Assembly: GCA_030167865.1 (NCBI GenBank)
Contig: JALAGF010000504.1
Coordinates: 62,001 to 126,000, forward strand
DNA from: Craspedostauros australis
Lineage: Eukaryota
Direction of reading: 5' to 3'
Length of the DNA: 64,000 nt
Shown: positions 57,693 to 64,000 of the stretch, one piece after another
Position numbering within the stretch: position 1 is the first letter of the stretch
How the letters are laid out: each line of letters begins with the position of its first letter
Notes under the pieces: model-generated
The model's input: only the letters and a program-made list of their open reading frames with translations
Told to the model about the DNA's origin: nothing
The model's database searches: none
Position numbers and translations under genes: made by a program

Positions 57693-60195
57693 ATGCTTGC
57701 TGCATGCTTCCTGATGCTCGCCCTTCTGGCAACGCCGACGCTCGCGGCGCCCGTCGACTACTTCGCGCAACCGCAGCTATCGTGGACGACCACTGTCGGA
57801 AATGATGTCGAAGTGCAGAAAGGCAACGCCGTGCTCTACTCTGACAACGACGGCGGCGATGCTCGGCTCTACATCACATCGAAGGATGGCACCTTGTATG
57901 TCCGTTCCGCAGCTGACGGCAGTTCCCTCCACACTGTCAAACCACCCCCGGTCGGCATCGTGCAGGCGCCAGCAGGAGACGGTGACAACGCCACGTACAA
58001 GCACGATATTTGGACAACGACATCATCGAGCGGTCCGCAGCTTGCCAAGCTTGAAGATGGCACCAGCTTCGTCTTCATGGCGCTTCACGACGAACCTGAC
58101 GAAGGGGCGTTCATCGGAACGAGGAGGTGAGTCTTTTTGCGTTCCTTGCTTCTTATCACAGTCCGCACCCGCCACATTACTCCAAACACGCGCTCCGTTG
58201 ATGGCATCATGTGTTTTCAGCGCACATGTCACAACGACACCTGGAGATGTGTATTCGCGTCCATCTATCATCTATTATTTCTTTCACCTATCTCTCACCT
58301 ATCTCTCACCTGGTCCTGCACTGTCCTCATCATTTATTCATGTATGCCCGTACATGTGCTATGGTGCGCTTTCCATTTTCCGTCCGAACAAACTCAACAA
58401 TCTCAACAGTCGAGTCGTTGCATACGAGCTCCCGAACATGAACCTTTTGTGGAAGTCAAGGAATATACCTGGCGAGATCCAGGGCACGCCTCAGATCGTC
58501 CGTTCTGGCAGTGGCAAACCCTTCATCGCCTTCACCAGGAACGAAGAGTACAATTTGCAATCGCTGCCCAATGTCACCATCTATCAAGGCCATCTCACCA
58601 TGCTGGACGCAGCGGACGGCACCATAGTCTGGTCGGAACCAGAGACCCAAGTCAAAGGCCACAAGGCTGGACGGACAAGCATAGGTTACGGCCCTCTCGC
58701 GGTCTCCCATCAGCCCGTCCGAGGCAAGTTTGCACGTGGCATGAACAATAACAACGCACTCTTTGTCTTTGCCAACAAGGCGGGCGATGGCACCCACCGG
58801 TCTGGCTTCACGTACGCATTCCAATTCCCAAAGTTGACACCGTCGGAAGCAGCACATGCGATTGCCAACAACAAGGACAATTCGGACGACTGGGAGACGC
58901 AGTTGTTGAAGGACGTTCGATGGACGTCGATCACACGGCCGGTCATGAGCAAGGACGGACTCAGCTTGTTCCTGGGAGTGTCCCAGAGCGAATTGCGAGC
59001 ATGGACGGGTCTGCGCGCCTATGACAAGGTCGCCAAGTGGAGCGCAGTAGTCGGCAATTCCACCACCGAGAAGGCGAATCCAATCGCCACGTCACCGACC
59101 CTATCTGGTGACGAGACCAAGCTGTATGCCGTCTCCGTGGCCTCCAACCTGGTCTGCCTGGATGTCATGACTGGCGAAGAATTGTGGAAGTACGCTGGCT
59201 CGTCGTCGTCGTCATCGTCGTCGTTGTTCGAAAGCGAGTTCCAGAGCTCGCCAGATGGAAAACGCACGTACGGAATTCAATCCCAAGATGGACAGCTGAT
59301 GATCATCCAAGATCATGATGAAACTAACGGTTCCAACGGCGTGCCTCCACAACAGCAACAGTCACCGTATGCGTTGTGGCCAACATGCGGCGGAGACGAC
59401 TGCGTCAACTCGGTGCATGCCGACTTTGCTCTCTCGGTGGAGGGGGACCTCTTGTACTTTGTGAATGATTTTGGTGAATTGGTTGCCTTGCAATTGGGGA
59501 AAGCGAGCGATGATGGCAACGGTGATAACGACGGTGATAACGACGGTGACAACGACGGTGGAAGTGGAAGCGGCGGGCAAGACGCTGGCGGTGGTGCCGG
59601 CAACGACCCAGATGAAGACCCTGAAGAGGATGAAGAGACGAGCGGCCCAACGCAGGCGCCAACCGAATCTGAAGACTCCACCACCGTCATCGACCGGTCA
59701 TCCGACGACCGCGATACTATTGGATCGGAAAAGCAATCCACGAACAATCAAAACGTGGTGGCGAAACGTGCCAGCATCGCGCTGATCTTCATCGCCTCCT
59801 TGATCGGCCTTGGGGCCGTGCTCTACATGGCTGTTGGACACAGAATAAAGACCTTCCCGAAACCTGACGACGACGAGAACCCGATCCAATTCGAATCGGG
59901 CAGCAACTCGCCAGCCAATCGAGGGGACAAATCCATTGTCAGCGACAGGAAAGGCACCTTTCTGGATCTCAACGTCATCAAGTCAGTGTACGACGATGCC
60001 AACGATATCGAGAGCGATCGCAAGAGCATCGACAACCCTCCATCGCCGACTAGAACCGAGGATACGGAGGATTCTTACGTGGGTACCAGTCCGTTCGCCA
60101 CGGGACCGTATTTGGCGCAGAATGACAAACGATTTGCGCACATCGAAAGCTCGAAGGCTGAAGATTATGCGCTGGGAGCCGCTGTAATGTTGTGA
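57693..60195 (+). CDS. Single-pass membrane protein with an extracellular PQQ-like/BamB-type beta-propeller; 2 exons
   Basis: Signal-like MLAACFLMLALLATPTLA. Exons to 58126 and 58410-60195. Propeller-type motifs LYITSKDGTLYVRSAADGS, LDAADGTIVW and LDVMTGEELWKY, then an acidic linker, TM helix IALIFIASLIGLGAVLYMAVG and a cytosolic tail. The in-frame ORF extends upstream to 56940, so the start is uncertain. Confidence 0.75.
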
Positions 60196-60799
60196 GGTGG
60201 TCAAGCATCATATTACACGTACGTACTAGTGTGGTATTGACCGGACGAAGGAAAAACCAAAGCCAACGACTAATTCCTCAAAATCGAGTGCGGAATGGAG
60301 TACTATTTGTAATGTGAAGGCCACGCTGCATCGTATTGGTATGATGAAGGAGAAGTAGTTTTGATTTGTATCCACATATTATACTTGCGTACAAGTGCCA
60401 TGCGTAACTGTTTGACAAACTCTCGCAGTGCTTGTATGAAGAGGGTAGTGGTCACTCTTGCGAATAAGTCATGTCGTGCATCGTAGCAGGAGGATGTTAT
60501 CCACTCTGATCTATTCGCGCAGGTGTGCCATACGCGCTCGTTGTTGCATTGGCAAACAAGTGATGCCATTGAGTCCTCATGGAAGAGAATGTTCCTTCTA
60601 TGTTGTTTATGGCCCTGCTCCATGCCACGCTTCCATGGCTGTCGAATGGTGCTGGCAATGCATGTTTCGCAAGAGGATCCCATTGCTCCGCATGGACGAA
60701 TTGATTTCATGAGAAGATCCCTTCATGCATCCCTTCATCCAAGCATCCATCCCGCCCCGTCCGCGTATGCATCTGATGCACGATGATCCGTCCAACAGC

Positions 60800-61876
60800 T
60801 CAGGCATCCAAATCCTGCACCATGAGAACCGCCTGAGGACTGAGACCACCATCGACGAGCGTGACGTCGCCATCGGTGTACTCCTTGCGCGGAAAGGTCG
60901 ACGAAAGGCCAATGTTCTTGATCTCTATGTTGTTCTCCGTGAAATGCACCTGCAGGAATGCCTTGAGGACGGCTATCGTGTCGTCGTTGTGAAAGCGACG
61001 ATCGAGCTTCTTGCCCGTGGGCAGCGTGAATCGCACGCGCGTGCCTCCCGACTCCGGTGCCGGCCGCACGATCTGCTTGGCATTGTCCAGACGCTCCTGC
61101 TCCTTGCGGGCCTCCTCTTCGTCGTCGCGCTGCTTTTGTAACCGCTGTTCCTCCTCCTTCTGCAGGGCCTCCACTCGTGCGCGCTCACGCTCCCGATCGG
61201 CACGCAGGGACTCCTGGAACTCCTCATCCTGCTGACGGCGCAATTCGTTGGCCTGTTCGAGCTGCAGACGGCGGGCCTCACCGGCCGCCACGACGGTCTC
61301 GTGGTTGCGCAACGTGCCGTTGAGGATCGGGATCAAGCGGCTCACGGAAGTCTTGAGGTAGTTGGGACCCTCGGCCTTGAAGACGAGCTGTAGCGGGCCG
61401 GTTCGGCTGTTGGGCGGTTTCTGCAACACAGCGAGGACGGGGAAGCTGGCGACCTCTAGGGTCTGTGCCAGCTGCGTTCCCTGCGAGGTGTGTATCGAGA
61501 CGGCGAGCGTCTTGATGAGACGGTTGCTGAGGAAGTCTAGCATCGGTGGCGAGATGAGCCTGAGGCACATCTGCGTGGCCTTGGCATGCAGCGGCGAATG
61601 CAGGTATATGACGATGACCGAGTTGGTGTCCGCTGCTTGCTGCTTGACGGATGCAAAGCCAGTGGATGAGAAGACCTGGTCGATGAGCTCCCTCTGCTCG
61701 GTCGACGACGACAGCGACTTGAGGTGTGCGATGAACTGTTGCGCCGCCTTTTCCGTGACCGCATTCGACAGGCCGTCGTATTCTCCGGGTGGCGACAGCA
61801 GACCAACCACCTTGCGCAATGGCCACAGGATGGTGATCAGCAGGTTCGATACGATCTGCAGCAATCGCTGAATCAT
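60800..61876 (-). CDS. UAS-UBX domain protein (FAF2/UBXD8/PUX10-like p97/Cdc48 adaptor)
   Basis: N-terminal hydrophobic segment, UAS domain (IVIYLHSPLH..LEVASFPVLAVL), coiled coil LRRQQDEEFQESLRADRERE, and UBX domain RVRFTLPTGKKLDRRF..STFPRKEY..GLSPQAVLMVQDL. Confidence 0.92.
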   Translation of the reverse strand: MIQRLLQIVSNLLITILWPLRKVVGLLSPPGEYDGLSNAVTEKAAQQFIAHLKSLSSSTEQRELIDQVFSSTGFASVKQQAADTNSVIVIYLHSPLHAKATQMCLRLISPPMLDFLSNRLIKTLAVSIHTSQGTQLAQTLEVASFPVLAVLQKPPNSRTGPLQLVFKAEGPNYLKTSVSRLIPILNGTLRNHETVVAAGEARRLQLEQANELRRQQDEEFQESLRADRERERARVEALQKEEEQRLQKQRDDEEEARKEQERLDNAKQIVRPAPESGGTRVRFTLPTGKKLDRRFHNDDTIAVLKAFLQVHFTENNIEIKNIGLSSTFPRKEYTDGDVTLVDGGLSPQAVLMVQDLDA

Positions 61877-62871
61877 CCTGTCTGTTGCCCAGATGCGATT
61901 TGCCTTGAGTTCTTTGAATTCTTTGCGTGCAATAGTGCAAGAATGGTTGCGAATGAAGCGCAACGATGGTGGCAACAATGGTGATGGTGGGCAAGCCAAT
62001 GGTGGTGAGAAGGCTGTTCACGGAAGCGGGCTGCTGTTCTGGCGATCTTGGTTTTGGTATCATGCTCGACCGACACTCATCTCCCTTCTGTCTTTGCAGC
62101 TCTGTGGATGCTCTATGGACCACAAGTGCGAGATGCTGACATGATGATGTTCCACGATTGCTGGTGTGAACAACGCATCAGCCAGCATCTCCGCGAACTC
62201 AATTGCACAACTTGAACTGCTGACAAACAGCGATGCATCCTGGTCGCTCACCTCGCTTCTTCCAAGTTCGGATCGCCAAGTCGTCGCTCTCGACAGTGGA
62301 TTACTCTGTTCTATTCCCTTGTTGTTGATGTTGTTGATGTTGTGTGTTATGCCATCCCAAGTGCCACGTCCCTGAACGATGATGAAAGATACAAGCGTGG
62401 CGTGCACGAGTTACAAGTGTGTGCGGTTGGTTGTCGCGAGCGCGACCACGACTGCGCCATCGTCAAAGAACGCAAACAAACACACCGCACCATCGTCGCG
62501 TTTCCGCTCCGCTCACGATCCACTCCAACACGGACAAGCGCCTAGTGATGACTCGTTCGACTAAATGAATCCAATCCAGGAATTGGCTCTCTGGTGACAA
62601 AAACACGAAATGACCACCGCCAACGCTTTGTGTGTTGTGCGCAAGTCGACTGCGGTCGCACACACGGTGCAGCACAACACGACCGTGATCTGACTTCGAG
62701 TGGCCTCGCCTTCTTCCGAGATCACTCCATCCCAAAAGAAGGCCCTCACAACAATCCAACTCCAACTCCAACTCAGACTGCTGTTGCTGTTGCAATCATA
62801 TAGAGTAGACTGGAGTAACATCACTGTTCTCTGAAGACAAAGACCATAGGCAGGACAAGGTGATCGATGCC

Positions 62872-64000
62872 ATGAATGCCAGCCAACTCGGCCTGGTGTC
62901 ACAAGGCCAGCCATTGCTGGTCGATGCGCAATTCCTGATCGATGATGATGCCAATGGCGATGCTGGCGATCTGTCCCAACCATCCAACGCACGAGCTTCT
63001 CAACAAGGACGCAGCGCCGCCAGCGGATCGATGAGCAGCAGCGTGCAGCAGGAGCTGACGAGAACGTACGAGACATTTGCCGACCTCTATCCCAACCCCA
63101 GATTGGTGGAGGAAGCTCGCGAGAGAGACACCCTCATCCAAGCATCCTCGGCTGCGTCACATGCCAAGTTCCAATCCTCCAAGCCAAAGCCCAAATCAGG
63201 AGGTGGCTTCTTCTCCTTCCTCTTTGGGTCTTCCGCCGCAGATGATGCGAGCGACGCCAATCAACGGGCAGGGCATGGCGTGAATCAGGATGACGACAAC
63301 AACGACGGCGACGACGACGGACCCATCATCTATATCGAACCCAGCCTGGATGACGTCAACGACAGCGTCTGCGGGACCTCCGTCGGGTTGGACACGTCCT
63401 GCATCCCGGATGAAGCGCACAGCGTCGCCAGGTTTCAGATGGCGTCCGCCAAGACACACGGTGCCGGCCCCAACGTCGCAAGGCAGAGGGTGGACATTCC
63501 CGCCAACACCGTCGACGGTGCACCCACCCCAACGCACGTCATTGTGGGACTCGGCACCATCGCAGAGATCGATGCGGACGGCAATCCTTCGTTGGTGCTG
63601 CACACGCGAGATCGGGATCGCTTGTTGGACTTTGCGAACCATGCGCCGTCCTCCACGCCATTTCGGTTGCAATATGCACGTGCCGCCACGCTCAGCAATC
63701 ATTGCATTGCCATATCGTGGGGGTTCGGCGACGGGATCATTGTCATCTATCACAAGCTGCTTCTCGATGGTCACCTCCTGCTGGAACCAATGACGTACTG
63801 CAAGCCATCTCCGGCTGTGGTGGACAACCTCGAAGGCGTCGGTGGGACCTTCCTGGACGATGGCGATCATCATTCGGGAAGTCCGCTCATACTGGTCACG
63901 GACATGATCCCTCTCACTGTCGATGCACGCGTTTCCATACCAGCAGCATCAGCATCAGCGACTGGTCAGCAGCAAGACACAAACGGCAACGACCCCGCGC
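62872..64000 (+). CDS. Partial uncharacterised protein running off the window end
   Basis: Hand translation gives a stop-free frame from ATG 62872 (MNASQLGLVSQGQPLLVDAQF...GGFFSFLFGSS...CIAISWGFGDGIIVIYHK...) to 64000. Not in the ORF track because it has no stop in the window. Confidence 0.7.
   Translation, partial: MNASQLGLVSQGQPLLVDAQFLIDDDANGDAGDLSQPSNARASQQGRSAASGSMSSSVQQELTRTYETFADLYPNPRLVEEARERDTLIQASSAASHAKFQSSKPKPKSGGGFFSFLFGSSAADDASDANQRAGHGVNQDDDNNDGDDDGPIIYIEPSLDDVNDSVCGTSVGLDTSCIPDEAHSVARFQMASAKTHGAGPNVARQRVDIPANTVDGAPTPTHVIVGLGTIAEIDADGNPSLVLHTRDRDRLLDFANHAPSSTPFRLQYARAATLSNHCIAISWGFGDGIIVIYHKLLLDGHLLLEPMTYCKPSPAVVDNLEGVGGTFLDDGDHHSGSPLILVTDMIPLTVDARVSIPAASASATGQQQDTNGNDPA

Overview
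This is gene-dense eukaryotic nuclear DNA, most likely from a diatom or related ochrophyte. Support for that: short GT-AG introns, signal-peptide + A-F/AFAP bipartite plastid-targeting leaders, a nuclear-encoded sigma70, a mitochondrial-type phosphoglycerate mutase and abundant microsatellites. About 21 protein-coding genes can be supported, many of them spliced and laid out largely as head-to-head pairs. Recognisable genes: PIG-L, dPGM, plastid sigma factor, ankyrin-repeat protein, condensin II CAP-G2, sHSP, alkaline ceramidase, mitochondrial bL20 (exon 2 absent from the ORF track), RRP1/Nop52, a BASS/SLC10 transporter and a UAS-UBX protein. Less certain calls: a thylakoid-lumen (Tat) protein, a tandem BTB-like protein, a UAP56-binding-motif protein, a UBAP2L/Def1-like protein, a putative SBP-like zinc-finger factor, an RGG protein, an eIF4B-like/W2 protein, a membrane-anchored beta-propeller, a large disordered protein and a partial ORF at the right edge. 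There is also a probable decayed piggyBac-like transposase. No rRNA, tRNA or CRISPR array was seen. The most unusual items are the eIF4B-like/W2 fusion with amplified NSRF repeats, the SBP-like zinc finger outside green plants, a 1067-nt intron splitting a UAP56-binding motif, and a stand-alone FtsH-lumenal-like domain. All family calls come from recognising motifs by eye; no database search was run.
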